64,000 nt of DNA from a virus (IMGVR_UViG_2832349384_000006:14238-78237), one strand, 5' to 3'; shown: positions 48,644 through 58,465, counted from the stretch's first letter. The notes: generated from the letters alone by a model not told the origin. Made by a program: numbers and translations.

Positions 48644-49477
48644 TCAGCAATCAGTTTTTTCGCCTGAACTATCCGCGCCGCCGCCAGGCGTTACTGGTCG
48701 AAACTTCTGATTACGGTCTTGTTTGCTCAGGTTGGTTTGCAGTTCATTTACCTGCTTGGTCAATTCGGCCACCTTGCCTTCCAGCCGTTCGGCTTTTTCG
48801 ACACCCCCGCGCAGTGCGTCCACACCGTCGCTCAACTTCTGCACTTCGCCTGCAACCAACTCGACGCCCTTATGTACATCGCTAAAGCGCTCATCGTCAG
48901 TACTGGATTTTTTGGCAAACATGGCGGTGATCCGGCCAAACAGGCTGGGCTTTTGCTCGTCCTGTTCTTCGAATTCGATCAGGGTTTCGTCGGCAGCGGT
49001 GAAGAGGTTGTCTTTATGCTGCTTGCGGTTGGCCAGTGGGTTGGCTGATGCCGATGCGCTGAATGCCAGGTATTCGGTGCCCAGACTGGCTGGGTCATCG
49101 GTAACAGCCAGGCCAACCAGATAGGCTTCGCCGGTATCAGCAAAATTTGGGTTCACCTCCATTGAGGTGTAGACCTTCTGTGAGAGCTTAACCATTTCCA
49201 CTAATTCAGCGGTTGGCGCGATATCGCCGTACAGCGCCATTTTCCCGGCTAGTGGGCCCTCTTTGATTTCTTCCGCGGTCAGGTTGGTTACATCACCGAA
49301 ACGACGGAAAGAGCTATCCGGGTGATAACCCTTGATGTGCTCCATGTTCACCCGCGCGCCGTACACGCTTGGGTTGTAGTTTTTGGCCATTTGCGTGAGC
49401 CATTCGCGGGCAATATTGCGGCCGTCGGTTGTCGCACCCTCTACGCCAATACGAAAACGCTTTGCTTTAAGTGTCAT
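48644..49477 (-). CDS. P2 gpO-like capsid scaffold/protease
   Basis: FRIGVEGATTDGR...GLAVTDDPASLGTE. Confidence 0.95.
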   Translation of the reverse strand: MTLKAKRFRIGVEGATTDGRNIAREWLTQMAKNYNPSVYGARVNMEHIKGYHPDSSFRRFGDVTNLTAEEIKEGPLAGKMALYGDIAPTAELVEMVKLSQKVYTSMEVNPNFADTGEAYLVGLAVTDDPASLGTEYLAFSASASANPLANRKQHKDNLFTAADETLIEFEEQDEQKPSLFGRITAMFAKKSSTDDERFSDVHKGVELVAGEVQKLSDGVDALRGGVEKAERLEGKVAELTKQVNELQTNLSKQDRNQKFRPVTPGGGADSSGEKTDC

Positions 49478-49551
49478 TAGTCTGTTCCGGTCAGTTCTGG
49501 TAATCGGTCAGGCTTATGGTTGCGGTGAACAGGGAAGGTAGACAACGAGCG

Positions 49552-49575
49552 GGCATTGTGTGGCTTTTGGCACAA
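49552..49575. promoter_or_regulatory. Ogr-binding site in the divergent pO/pP region
   Basis: GGCATTGTGTG-GCTTT-TGGCACAA. Confidence 0.85.
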
Positions 49576-49620
49576 TGGCCAGCAAGGGATGGCTTGGCGG
49601 CTGGTCGGTAGTCTGGCGCC

Positions 49621-51387
49621 ATGACAACGACAACACCCAACACCGATCTTGATCCCCGCAGACAGGCAATGTTCCTGTACTTTCAGGGGTTACGCATATC
49701 CCGCATTGCTGAAATGCTGGGAGAGAAGGCCGCAACAGTACACAGCTGGAAGAAGCGCGACAAGTGGGCGAGTTACGGGCCACTGGATCAGATGCAACTT
49801 ACCACGGCCGCACGCTATTGCCAGTTGGTGATGAAGGAGCATAAAGAAGGGAAAGATTTTAAAGAAATCGACCTGCTGGCGCGCCAGGGTGAACGCCACG
49901 CACGGATCGGCAAGTTTATGAACGGCGGCAATGAGGCTGACCTGAACCCCAACGTATCCAACCGCAACAACGGGCCACGCAAGGCGCCAGAGAAGAATGT
50001 ATTCAGCGATGAGCAGATAGAAAAGCTCACCGAAATTTTTCATGATTCGCTGTTTAAGTATCAACGCAACTGGTTTGAGGCCGGCGCCAAACACCGCATC
50101 CGCAACTTGCTCAAATCGCGTCAGATTGGAGCCACGTTCTACTTTGCGCGCGAAGCCCTGATCGATGCTATCACCACCGGCAGAAACCAAATATTCCTGT
50201 CTGCCAGTAAGGCACAGGCGCACGTTTTCAAGCAATACATCATTGAATTTGCCCGTGAAGTTGATGTGGAACTAAAAGGCGATCCAATGACGTTGGGCAA
50301 TGGCGCCTGCCTGTATTTTTTGGGCACCAACGCCCGCACAGCGCAGAGCTATCACGGCAACCTTTACCTTGATGAATATTTCTGGATACCCCGTTTCCAA
50401 GAACTGCGCAAGGTTGCGTCCGGCATGGCGCTGCACAAGAAATGGCGTCAAACATATTTTTCAACGCCTTCCAGCCTAACCCACAGCGCGTATCCGTTCT
50501 GGTCAGGTGCCCTTTATAACAAGGGTCGGGCCAAATCCGATCGGATTGATATCGATCTTACCCATGCGAACCTGGCGCGCGGCGTTCTCTGCCCGGATGG
50601 CCAGTACCGCCAAATCATCACCGTTGAGGATGCGGTAAACGGCGGGTGCAACCTGTTTGACCTGGATCAGCTGCGTCTTGAGTATGGGCCTGAAGACTAT
50701 CAGAACCTGCTGATGTGTGAATTTATCGACGATATGGCGTCGGTGTTCCCACTCACGGAAATGCAGGGGTGCATGGTTGATAGCTGGGAAGCCTGGGAGG
50801 ATTTCGAGGCGCTGGCCATTCGCCCGTTTGGATATCGGCCGGTATGGATTGGCTACGATCCGGCGAAAGGCTCCGCATCAGGCGATAGTGCCGGCTGCGT
50901 CGTTGTGGCGCCGCCAATGGTGCCGGGCGGAAAATTCCGCATCCTGGAGCGCCACCAATGGCGCGGCATGGACTTTGCCGCCCAGGCAAAAAGCATCAAG
51001 CAGCTGACCGAATGTTACAACGTGCAGTACATCGGCATTGACTCCACCGGGGTTGGCCATGGCGTTTATCAGCTAGTGAAGCAGTTTTTCCCCGCAGCAC
51101 GGGAGTTTGTCTACCGCCCAGAAGTTAAAAACGCCCTGGTGCTGAAAGCCAAAGACATTATCACCCATCGCCGCCTGGAGTATGACACCGGGCACACCGA
51201 TATAACCCAATCATTTATGGCTATCCGCAAGGCAATGACCGCCAGCGGTAGCCGGCCAACGTATGAAGCCAGCCGCAGCGAAGAGGCCAGCCATGCCGAT
51301 CTGGCGTGGGCAACCATGCATGCGCTGTTCAATGAACCGCTTGAAGGCGTCACGGCGGGCAATAGCAACATTGTGGAGATTTTTTAG
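49621..51387 (+). CDS. P2 gpP-like terminase ATPase subunit
   Basis: LKSRQIGATFYFAREA, LYLDEYFW, HADLAWATMHA. Confidence 0.95.
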   Translation: MTTTTPNTDLDPRRQAMFLYFQGLRISRIAEMLGEKAATVHSWKKRDKWASYGPLDQMQLTTAARYCQLVMKEHKEGKDFKEIDLLARQGERHARIGKFMNGGNEADLNPNVSNRNNGPRKAPEKNVFSDEQIEKLTEIFHDSLFKYQRNWFEAGAKHRIRNLLKSRQIGATFYFAREALIDAITTGRNQIFLSASKAQAHVFKQYIIEFAREVDVELKGDPMTLGNGACLYFLGTNARTAQSYHGNLYLDEYFWIPRFQELRKVASGMALHKKWRQTYFSTPSSLTHSAYPFWSGALYNKGRAKSDRIDIDLTHANLARGVLCPDGQYRQIITVEDAVNGGCNLFDLDQLRLEYGPEDYQNLLMCEFIDDMASVFPLTEMQGCMVDSWEAWEDFEALAIRPFGYRPVWIGYDPAKGSASGDSAGCVVVAPPMVPGGKFRILERHQWRGMDFAAQAKSIKQLTECYNVQYIGIDSTGVGHGVYQLVKQFFPAAREFVYRPEVKNALVLKAKDIITHRRLEYDTGHTDITQSFMAIRKAMTASGSRPTYEASRSEEASHADLAWATMHALFNEPLEGVTAGNSNIVEIF

Positions 51388-52434
51388 ATGAGCAAGCGCA
51401 AGAAAGGCCGCGCATTACCGCCGGTATTACCGCCGGTGCACTCGCAAAAGCAATCAGCAGGCGTTGAGGCTTTCACCTTTGGCGATCCTGTTCCGGTGCT
51501 CGATCGCCGCGAATTGCTGGATTATGTCGAGTGTGTACGCATGGATAAATGGTATGAACCGCCGATCAGCTTCGACGGGCTGGCCAGGACGTTCCGCGCC
51601 ACCGTGCACCACAGCTCGCCGCTGTACGTGAAGCGCAATATTCTCACCAGCACCTTTAAACCGCACCCGCTATTAAGCCAGCAGGCGTTTAGCCGTTTCG
51701 TGCAGGATTACCTGGTGTTTGGCAACGCATATCTTGAGCTGCGCACCAACCGCCTAAATCAACCGATGGCGCTAATCCCTTCGCTGGCCAAATACACCCG
51801 GCGCGGCATTGATCTGGAAACGTATTGGTTTGTGCAATATGGGGTTGACGTGCAGCCGTATCAGTTTGAAGAAGGCAGCGTGTTCCACCTGCTGGAACCG
51901 GACATTAATCAGGAGGTTTACGGACTGCCGGAATATCTCAGCGCGCTGAATTCTGCCTGGCTCAACGAGTCAGCTACGCTGTTCCGGCGCAAGTATTACC
52001 AAAACGGCAGCCATGCCGGCTTCATCATGTACATGAGCGACGCAGCCGCTAACCAAAGCGATATTGATAATATCCGGCAGGCGATGAAGGGCGCGCGCGG
52101 GCCCGGCAATTTCCGCAACCTGTTTATGTACTCACCAAACGGGAAGAAGGATGGCATTCAGATCATTCCGCTAAGCGAGGTAGCGGCCAAGGATGAGTTT
52201 TGGAATATCAAAAATGTCACCCGCGATGACCAACTTCACGCGCACCGGGTGCCGCCGCAACTGATGTGCATCGTTCCGGAAAATGCCGGCGGTTTCGGCA
52301 ATGTGAAGGAGGCGAGCGAGGTGTTTGTGCGTAATGAGCTGGAGCCGCTGCAATGCCGCATGCAAGAGCTAAACGAGTGGATAGGCGATGAGGTGATAAC
52401 CTTCAAGCCTTACACGCTTAGCGATGATGAGTAG
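51388..52434 (+). CDS. P2 gpQ-like portal protein (PBSX family)
   Basis: FTFGDPVPV...QEVYGLPEYL...AHRVPPQLM. Confidence 0.95.
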   Translation: MSKRKKGRALPPVLPPVHSQKQSAGVEAFTFGDPVPVLDRRELLDYVECVRMDKWYEPPISFDGLARTFRATVHHSSPLYVKRNILTSTFKPHPLLSQQAFSRFVQDYLVFGNAYLELRTNRLNQPMALIPSLAKYTRRGIDLETYWFVQYGVDVQPYQFEEGSVFHLLEPDINQEVYGLPEYLSALNSAWLNESATLFRRKYYQNGSHAGFIMYMSDAAANQSDIDNIRQAMKGARGPGNFRNLFMYSPNGKKDGIQIIPLSEVAAKDEFWNIKNVTRDDQLHAHRVPPQLMCIVPENAGGFGNVKEASEVFVRNELEPLQCRMQELNEWIGDEVITFKPYTLSDDE

Positions 52435-52455
52435 CCTTTAACCACATCGACGAAC

Positions 52456-52476
52456 CGCCGGCAGGCGGTTTTTTTA
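52456..52476 (+). terminator. Terminator after the portal gene
   Basis: ACCGCC-GGCA-GGCGGT plus T run. Confidence 0.75.
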
Positions 52477-52601
52477 TGCCTTCCGATCGTCTACACGAGC
52501 GGGCTCGCCGCAAATGAGATGGGTTCTCATTCAATCGATTATGCAGATGGTAATGATTATCATTTGCGGTGAAATTCACCCAGCAAACCCCGGCGCGCGC
52601 A

Positions 52602-52620
52602 ATCGTAGCCCCGCCACGCC
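52602..52620 (-). other. cos cohesive-end sequence
   Basis: Minus strand GGCGTGGCGGGGCTACGAT; first 12 nt match the 186 cos (GGCGTGGCGGGG...) as recalled; located after the portal gene. Confidence 0.8.
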
Positions 52621-52779
52621 TGCCCGCTTTTTGTATTGGTTTTCATGCAGGTGCATGAATAGCGGAAAGGCGCGCCATTACTGGTGCGCCCGATTGGTTT
52701 TGATCCTTTTTCGATCATGCGGATCCATGCGGCATAGACATGCATCACAACCAATGCAGCGTATTGACCATGAATAGTG

Positions 52780-52965
52780 CTAACCCCCTTCGGCATTGTA
52801 AAAAATTTCGTCACTTTCTTGGTCACTCAGCACGCTGTTGGTTAAATCTGTAATCATCCCCAGAGCTAATTTCATGTCATGTTCGTTTTGCTGTGCGATC
52901 AATACCAATTCGGCAATTAATCGAATTCTTTCTAGAGTTTGTTTTTGTTTTTCAACCGCTTCCAT
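52780..52965 (-). CDS. Tum-like SOS antirepressor
   Basis: LERIRLIAEL...DMKLALGMI resembles 186 Tum; same locus as tum; LexA box upstream. Confidence 0.75.
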   Translation of the reverse strand: MEAVEKQKQTLERIRLIAELVLIAQQNEHDMKLALGMITDLTNSVLSDQESDEIFYNAEGG

Positions 52966-52983
52966 GTTAACCCCTTATTGGTA

Positions 52984-52999
52984 CTGTTTATATATACAG
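52984..52999 (-). promoter_or_regulatory. LexA box upstream of the tum-like gene
   Basis: CTGTTTATATATACAG within TACTG...CAGT. Confidence 0.9.
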
Positions 53000-53288
53000 T
53001 ATTATGATGGTCGGTTTATAAATCATCGTCAAGGTGGTTGAATAGCGTTTTTATTGCATTCCTTTTATTTTCATTGTGTTATGTTTTTTATTTGGTGCTT
53101 TATTCAACGTTAAGTAACCTATCGTTTACATGCTGATATCATTCGTTCCTGATGTATTGCCATACAAGGGGCTATGAGTGCGGTGCGATCGATCTGTAGG
53201 TTAGCAGGGGCAGGCGTTCCGATATCTTGTGTTGACGCGCATTGGGTCTTGTCCAGCTTTCTAATAAGCCGCCCGAGGGCGGCCACTG

Positions 53289-53519
53289 TTAATTCGGATT
53301 ATATCTAACGTATACATGAAGCCCGCTTGCCCCTTCTTCATAGACACGCCATTTATATTGATAGCGGCGTATCCAGTCATTGGCTTGTTGTGGGCAGAAA
53401 TGGTGATTCACTTTCACCAATTCATGAATGAAATCGCGTACTGATACGGTGAATTTACCTGTTACATCTCGCTTGATAGCGGCGTTAAACGCGTGTGGAA
53501 TTTCGTAATCTCGTGCCAT
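53289..53519 (-). CDS. Small conserved phage protein (76 aa), function unknown
   Basis: RBS GGGAGGG; YEI..AF..AIK...TV...DF..EL.KVN...QAN.WI...NPN pattern common in enterobacterial prophages. Confidence 0.7.
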   Translation of the reverse strand: MARDYEIPHAFNAAIKRDVTGKFTVSVRDFIHELVKVNHHFCPQQANDWIRRYQYKWRVYEEGASGLHVYVRYNPN

Positions 53520-53560
53520 GTTCCCTCCCAACTAGTTGGTCGGAGTATAACCATAAAGAA

Positions 53561-53576
53561 CTGTACAAATAAACAG
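53561..53576 (-). promoter_or_regulatory. LexA box upstream of the 76-aa gene
   Basis: CTGTACAAATAAACAG; TATACT -10-like element downstream on the minus strand. Confidence 0.75.
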
Positions 53577-53659
53577 TATTTTCTCTGTTGGTCTTTATGC
53601 GTTGCTAACAGAGCTGCCAATATTGTGGTTCGTCTATGCCAAGCTGCTGGCACAGCCGG

Positions 53660-56008
53660 TTATGACTGTGATCGATGTGTTTCACGCCGGCCGTGCAAAT
53701 AGCCGTTGCTATCGGCCCGGTAAACCACATTCGAAACTTTCACCGTTTTCCCCAATTCCAGGCGCTCAACATCTGCGGCTGATGGGTTTGCGACACCTGC
53801 ATTCATCAATTCCCTGCGGATCCGCTCTCGTATCTGTTCTGTTTTCTTGGCATGGCTGCGCAATAACGCCTCCATTTCTGTTTGTGGCCCGGTAACCCTC
53901 GCGCGCAGGTGCTCAAACCGGGTTAATGCATCCGGTTTTGTGCGGCGTCGAACGGGTAATGTTTGGCGCTCGCCGGCATCGTGCTGGCGCGTTTTCGGCT
54001 TCGTCCGCCTTTCTGATGCATCACCACGCACCCGGCGGAGTAGCAGACGGCGTTCCTTGGCTGTCATTTGTGCAAAATTCAGCGCCGACAGCTCGCCATC
54101 CGGGGGATCTTCACCCGGCGGGGCCATCCTCCCACCCGGATCCCCCGTACAGTTATTGACAGAACTCCGAGAGGGCGCGGGCGCGCCCTTAAGGTCAACT
54201 TCCAAAACCGGCGCTTTTTTCGGCACTATTTTCCATTGGGTTACACGGGTGATAATGGGAACGTCCTGCCCAACTGACGGTGAGAACACACCACGCACCC
54301 GGATCACGTCTTCGCCGTATCCGTTGGATTCCTCGGCCGTTTCGTAATAGGTACGAACAACCAGATCATCACGTTTAACGAACGGCCCGCCCTGGGCGTT
54401 GATGTATTCCGCCCAGCGGCCAAAGTCGGCAGCATCATGCACCGCTGCAAATTCAACGCTAAGGCCGATCGCGGTTTCGTGGTCGGCCATCCGGCGTAGC
54501 TCGCGGTAAACGGTCACCGGGGCGCCACCGATAAACTGGAACTGCCGGATACGCCATCGCGCCGCCCAGGCGGAAACGGCGGCGGCCGTTTCTTTCAGTG
54601 GTTTGCCGCTCTCGTCGTCAAGCTCATCATCCAGTTGATAGCCGTCTATATTTTTCGAAATGTATTTAGCGATATAGCCCGTGGCGCTGCCCTGGTCAGG
54701 ATCGATAGCCTCAGCGTGAAAGCGCGCCTTACGCGCCTTATCGCTGTTTAGCTCTATTGCATCCTCTTGCGTGGCGTAGTCGCGCATGATTTCGCGGACT
54801 TGCCCGGCATCTTCCGGGCGCATAAACATCAGCATGTGCCAGTGCGGCGTGGCGTCGTGATGCGGCTCTGCAACCCGGATGCCGAAAATTCTCAAATCGT
54901 CGCGGTGCAATTTGGCGCGGACTCGTGACCAAACGGCGCGTAAATACGCCTGCGTTGCTGCCGGGCTGGCGCCATTCCACTTGCGGTTGCGGTGGCCGTG
55001 TTTATTGGTGGCGTGGAATTTTGAAGGGGCCGTAATCGTGTAAAACTCACCGATATAGCCCAGCTCGTTGCAGATATCTTCAAAGCCGCGTATGCGCGTC
55101 ATTAATTCACAACGGCGAATCGCAGGATTGGCTACGCTGCCGTCGTATTTATCGATCAGGCTGATCCGGTTTCCCGCTTCGTCTTCCAGCTCCATGCCTT
55201 TCAGAAATTCGCGGGTGCGGCGCTTCTGTTCGCGCCATTCGGTGATCGTTACCTTACTGGCATAGGGGGTAGCTTTCTTGCTGACGTTCGCCATTGCAAT
55301 ATGCAGGTGCTCGCGCCATTCGGCGGACGTGCGGCGCAGGCGGTTTAGCCACCACGCAGGCGATAACATACGGGCAACGGCCGGCCCCGCATCCTCTTCG
55401 CTGAAAAAGCGGTTACTCAGCTTTTCCCAAAGCGGCGGCGACTGGCGAAAGTCGCGCGTGATATGGCCGGCGCGGCGATACAGCAGCCACAGGGTTTTCA
55501 GCTCACTGGCACCCTGGCATTCGCCATCAACAAGGCCCAACTCCTGTGCGATGAATGCCGCGATATCTTCTGCCAGCGCTTCAACATCGCTGCGCGACAT
55601 GTCGGCCAGTTGGTTATACCTGGCCAAATATCGTGAGTTATCGGCGGTCATTTTTGATAACCGGTATTGTTTATTAACCAGTTCCAGGCGCGGTAATGCC
55701 CGCTTAACAAAGTTCAGCGTCAAGTAGGCATGTGCTCGCTGGATCCCGTGCGATTGTTCAAGTTTAAAAAAGTGCGAATTTACCTGGCGCTTCACTAACT
55801 CCGGTTGGCGGTTCAGGCTCTCGAAAGCCGCTTCAATGTCAGCATTGATGCGATCACGTTTATTTTGCTCTTCGGCGCTAACAAAAGGGGAGCCAACGCC
55901 CTGGCGCGGGGCGTTCCAAGAGTAGGCCCATTCGAAAGCAGGCGCGCCGCTGCCCGGATAGGGTAGCGGCGGCGTTGGCGCTTGGCGGCTGCGGGTGCTC
56001 TGCGTCAC
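53660..56008 (-). CDS. Rolling-circle replication initiator gpA
   Basis: FYTITAPSKFH, EPHHDATPHWH (HUH), GYIAKYISKNIDG (two Tyr), WRIRQFQF. Confidence 0.95.
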   Translation of the reverse strand: MTQSTRSRQAPTPPLPYPGSGAPAFEWAYSWNAPRQGVGSPFVSAEEQNKRDRINADIEAAFESLNRQPELVKRQVNSHFFKLEQSHGIQRAHAYLTLNFVKRALPRLELVNKQYRLSKMTADNSRYLARYNQLADMSRSDVEALAEDIAAFIAQELGLVDGECQGASELKTLWLLYRRAGHITRDFRQSPPLWEKLSNRFFSEEDAGPAVARMLSPAWWLNRLRRTSAEWREHLHIAMANVSKKATPYASKVTITEWREQKRRTREFLKGMELEDEAGNRISLIDKYDGSVANPAIRRCELMTRIRGFEDICNELGYIGEFYTITAPSKFHATNKHGHRNRKWNGASPAATQAYLRAVWSRVRAKLHRDDLRIFGIRVAEPHHDATPHWHMLMFMRPEDAGQVREIMRDYATQEDAIELNSDKARKARFHAEAIDPDQGSATGYIAKYISKNIDGYQLDDELDDESGKPLKETAAAVSAWAARWRIRQFQFIGGAPVTVYRELRRMADHETAIGLSVEFAAVHDAADFGRWAEYINAQGGPFVKRDDLVVRTYYETAEESNGYGEDVIRVRGVFSPSVGQDVPIITRVTQWKIVPKKAPVLEVDLKGAPAPSRSSVNNCTGDPGGRMAPPGEDPPDGELSALNFAQMTAKERRLLLRRVRGDASERRTKPKTRQHDAGERQTLPVRRRTKPDALTRFEHLRARVTGPQTEMEALLRSHAKKTEQIRERIRRELMNAGVANPSAADVERLELGKTVKVSNVVYRADSNGYLHGRRETHRSQS
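54147..54176 (-). other. Replication origin (ori) within gene A
   Basis: Minus strand CTCGGAGTTCTGTCAATAACTGTAC resembles the P2 ori/nick region (CTCG/GAGTCCTGTCAATAACTGT) as recalled. Confidence 0.75.
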
Positions 56009-56733
56009 TCTTGATTACCCGGTGCGGCTGCCAGCATGGCTTCGTAAATAGCGCGATGCTGCACAATAAAAAGATCGTCTTCAACTTCGTCCCATAGAAC
56101 GTCTTCACAATCTCCCGCAGCGGCGAGCATTTCTGGCGTGGGCTCAATGGGTACCAACTTGAACCCTTCCGGTGCTGACGGCGCGTTTACGTCCGTCGAA
56201 ATGCCGGCACTCCTCATTGCCGCGCATACGGCATCAGTTGGTGTTGCAGCCTCCGAGGAACCTATGGGCTCAGGTTCATCACCATAAACATCGGCGTGCC
56301 ATCGCCCTTCATATTCTGGCGTTACAGCTATCCGATGCTTCATCATTAAATGTGGCAGTCTTTCCGCCAATACATCTCGCGCTGCTGGGTTTAATCCTGA
56401 TGGTTGTCCTACGAGCAACGGCAAAATACGGCTTAACAAGCTCTGCTGTATTTCTTCCGGTGTTTCTGGTTCGCCAGGCTGTCCAAGTCCTGCGCAAAAG
56501 TCGGATATCTCACTGGTAATCAGCTTGACCGCATCTGTGTCCCTTATGGCCCCCGCAGCAAGAACCACCGGAAGTCCTATCTGTAATTCTTCGTGTTTAA
56601 CCTTTTTTAACAAACTGCAAATAAGATCCGCTTCCTCGCGATTGTAATAACCTCTCACGGTGTAGATGCCCGCTTTTAACGTCCTGCGCTTCCGGCGGTT
56701 CCTGAATTTTGTAAACAAACTGAACAGATTCAT
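56005..56733 (-). CDS. Hypothetical mosaic phage protein
   Basis: NinX/DUF2591-like segment (HRIAV...W.A...ATPTDAVCAAM) plus C-terminal VPIEPTPEML...YEAMLAAAP motif. Confidence 0.6.
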   Translation of the reverse strand: MNLFSLFTKFRNRRKRRTLKAGIYTVRGYYNREEADLICSLLKKVKHEELQIGLPVVLAAGAIRDTDAVKLITSEISDFCAGLGQPGEPETPEEIQQSLLSRILPLLVGQPSGLNPAARDVLAERLPHLMMKHRIAVTPEYEGRWHADVYGDEPEPIGSSEAATPTDAVCAAMRSAGISTDVNAPSAPEGFKLVPIEPTPEMLAAAGDCEDVLWDEVEDDLFIVQHRAIYEAMLAAAPGNQE

Positions 56734-57644
56734 GCTGTTGCCCTCACTGCCTTTATGATTTCGCACATAGCTTTTGGCGGCACGGCGTTGCCGGCCATAT
56801 GTACGGTTAACTGATGTGACGCCGGGCGGATGTAGTCATCAGGGAATGACATTGCCCGCATGGTTTCGTCCGCTGTCAGCATGCGCATGCGGTTACCATG
56901 AACCACCGCCCATCGGTCGCGGGTGGTGATTGTTCCGATGGGGCGCGAAAGTGCGCGGCCTGTTTTGGTATTGCCGTAATAGCTAAACAGGAAGCGATCA
57001 CCAAACTGTGAACGGCCGTTTTTGACTCGCTCCAGCGTGTTGGCAGCGCGGCCTGGTTTTTCGACGGGTTGCCAGTTGCCGGCAGACAAATCGACAAATG
57101 AACTAGACGGCAGATGCGGCAGTTTCGGCAGCGTCAGATACAGGGGCGATTTGCTGCGGGTGCAAACGATGAACATGCGGATGCGGTTTTGCGGTACGCC
57201 CAGATCGGCACAATCCACTATGTGCGGCGCCAGTGAATAACCCAATGCCTGCATTGCCGTTTCCCACGCGGGGTAGAGTGCCCATTTCAGAAACTCTGGC
57301 ACGTTCTCAACGATGATCGCCGGCGGCGTATGAAACTCGGCGGCCGAAACAACCGCCCACGCTGTAGAACGGCTGGCATCATGCTGCGGGTTACCGGATT
57401 TTTTACCGCGTGCCTTGCTGTGCCCCTGGCAGCATGGTGATGCCATCATCAGATCGTGCGTGGGCACCTGTGACCAGTCAGCCTGATGCAAGTCCTGGCA
57501 AACATGAATCGCGCCCGGGTGGTTCTTCGCATGTGCATCAACGGCGGCTTGCCAGTGGTTACCGGCCCATACAACTGTCGCGCCAGCCATGCGAGCGCCG
57601 GTAGATGAACCCCCAAAACCAGAAAACAGATCGATAACGTTCAA
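56730..57644 (-). CDS. C5 cytosine DNA methyltransferase (orphan)
   Basis: DLFSGFGG (I), ASPCCQGHS (IV), VENV (VI), PQNRIRMF (VIII), GNAVPP (X); TTG start overlapping the dam stop. Confidence 0.93.
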   Translation of the reverse strand: MNVIDLFSGFGGSSTGARMAGATVVWAGNHWQAAVDAHAKNHPGAIHVCQDLHQADWSQVPTHDLMMASPCCQGHSKARGKKSGNPQHDASRSTAWAVVSAAEFHTPPAIIVENVPEFLKWALYPAWETAMQALGYSLAPHIVDCADLGVPQNRIRMFIVCTRSKSPLYLTLPKLPHLPSSSFVDLSAGNWQPVEKPGRAANTLERVKNGRSQFGDRFLFSYYGNTKTGRALSRPIGTITTRDRWAVVHGNRMRMLTADETMRAMSFPDDYIRPASHQLTVHMAGNAVPPKAMCEIIKAVRATA

Positions 57645-58465
57645 TCCATAGCCCCCATGGTTGCGATAATTTCCCCGACACGGTTGCGGCCGGCAGCGGC
57701 GGCGCTGACCGAACGGCGGGCGGTAGTTGTTGCAATACTGAAATCTGAATACAAACCCAGCGCTGCGGCGGTTTCGCTGTTGGATGCCACCACGGCACAG
57801 CCGCGACGTGCGGCAACGCGCAGCATGCGGCACAGCTTGCGCTGCTGATCCGCGGTAAAACCGTTGGTGTGGTAGCCTGTAAAATTGGCGGTGGCAGATG
57901 CCGGGATGTACGGCGGATCGCAATAAATCACGTCGCCCGGCTGCGCCATGCGGATTGATTCTTCAAAGGAACAGCACAAAAACACGGCTTTTGTGGCGTT
58001 GGCCTTTTCAGAGAAAGCGCGGATTTCTTCTTCGGGAAAATATGGCGGTGTTTTGCGGTGGCCGTATGGCACGTTAAATTCACCGCTCAGGTTATAGCGG
58101 CATACGCCGTTATATCCGTAGCGATTGAGGAAAAGAAACTGCGCGGCGCGATAGAGGAAATTACTGTCACAGCGCAGATTAAAATCAGCGCGTACAGCGT
58201 AATAACCCAATTCATCGCCATGCTGCCTGAACAGGTTGCGAGTCTCGCGGATCAACACTTCCGGCAGGTTTTTTGCCATGTTGTGAAAGTTGATCAGATC
58301 GCCGTTGATATCGGTCAACAGGTAGTTGTCATAGTCGGTATTGAGAAACACCGATGCAGAACCCACGAACGGCTCTACCAGGCGTTTACCTGCCGGCAGG
58401 TGCTGGCGCAAGGTGTCGATGATGCCGGCCTTGCTGCCCAGCCATTTGAGCGGGGAGCGGTTCAT
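57641..58465 (-). CDS. dam: Dam-family adenine methyltransferase
   Basis: SPLKWLGSK, LVEPFVGSASVF, DVIYCDPPY. Confidence 0.93.
   Translation of the reverse strand: MNRSPLKWLGSKAGIIDTLRQHLPAGKRLVEPFVGSASVFLNTDYDNYLLTDINGDLINFHNMAKNLPEVLIRETRNLFRQHGDELGYYAVRADFNLRCDSNFLYRAAQFLFLNRYGYNGVCRYNLSGEFNVPYGHRKTPPYFPEEEIRAFSEKANATKAVFLCCSFEESIRMAQPGDVIYCDPPYIPASATANFTGYHTNGFTADQQRKLCRMLRVAARRGCAVVASNSETAAALGLYSDFSIATTTARRSVSAAAAGRNRVGEIIATMGAMD

Noticed and set aside
52514-52826. Short ORFs over the cos region
   Set aside because: They overlap cos and its palindromic terminase-binding region; no RBS or motifs
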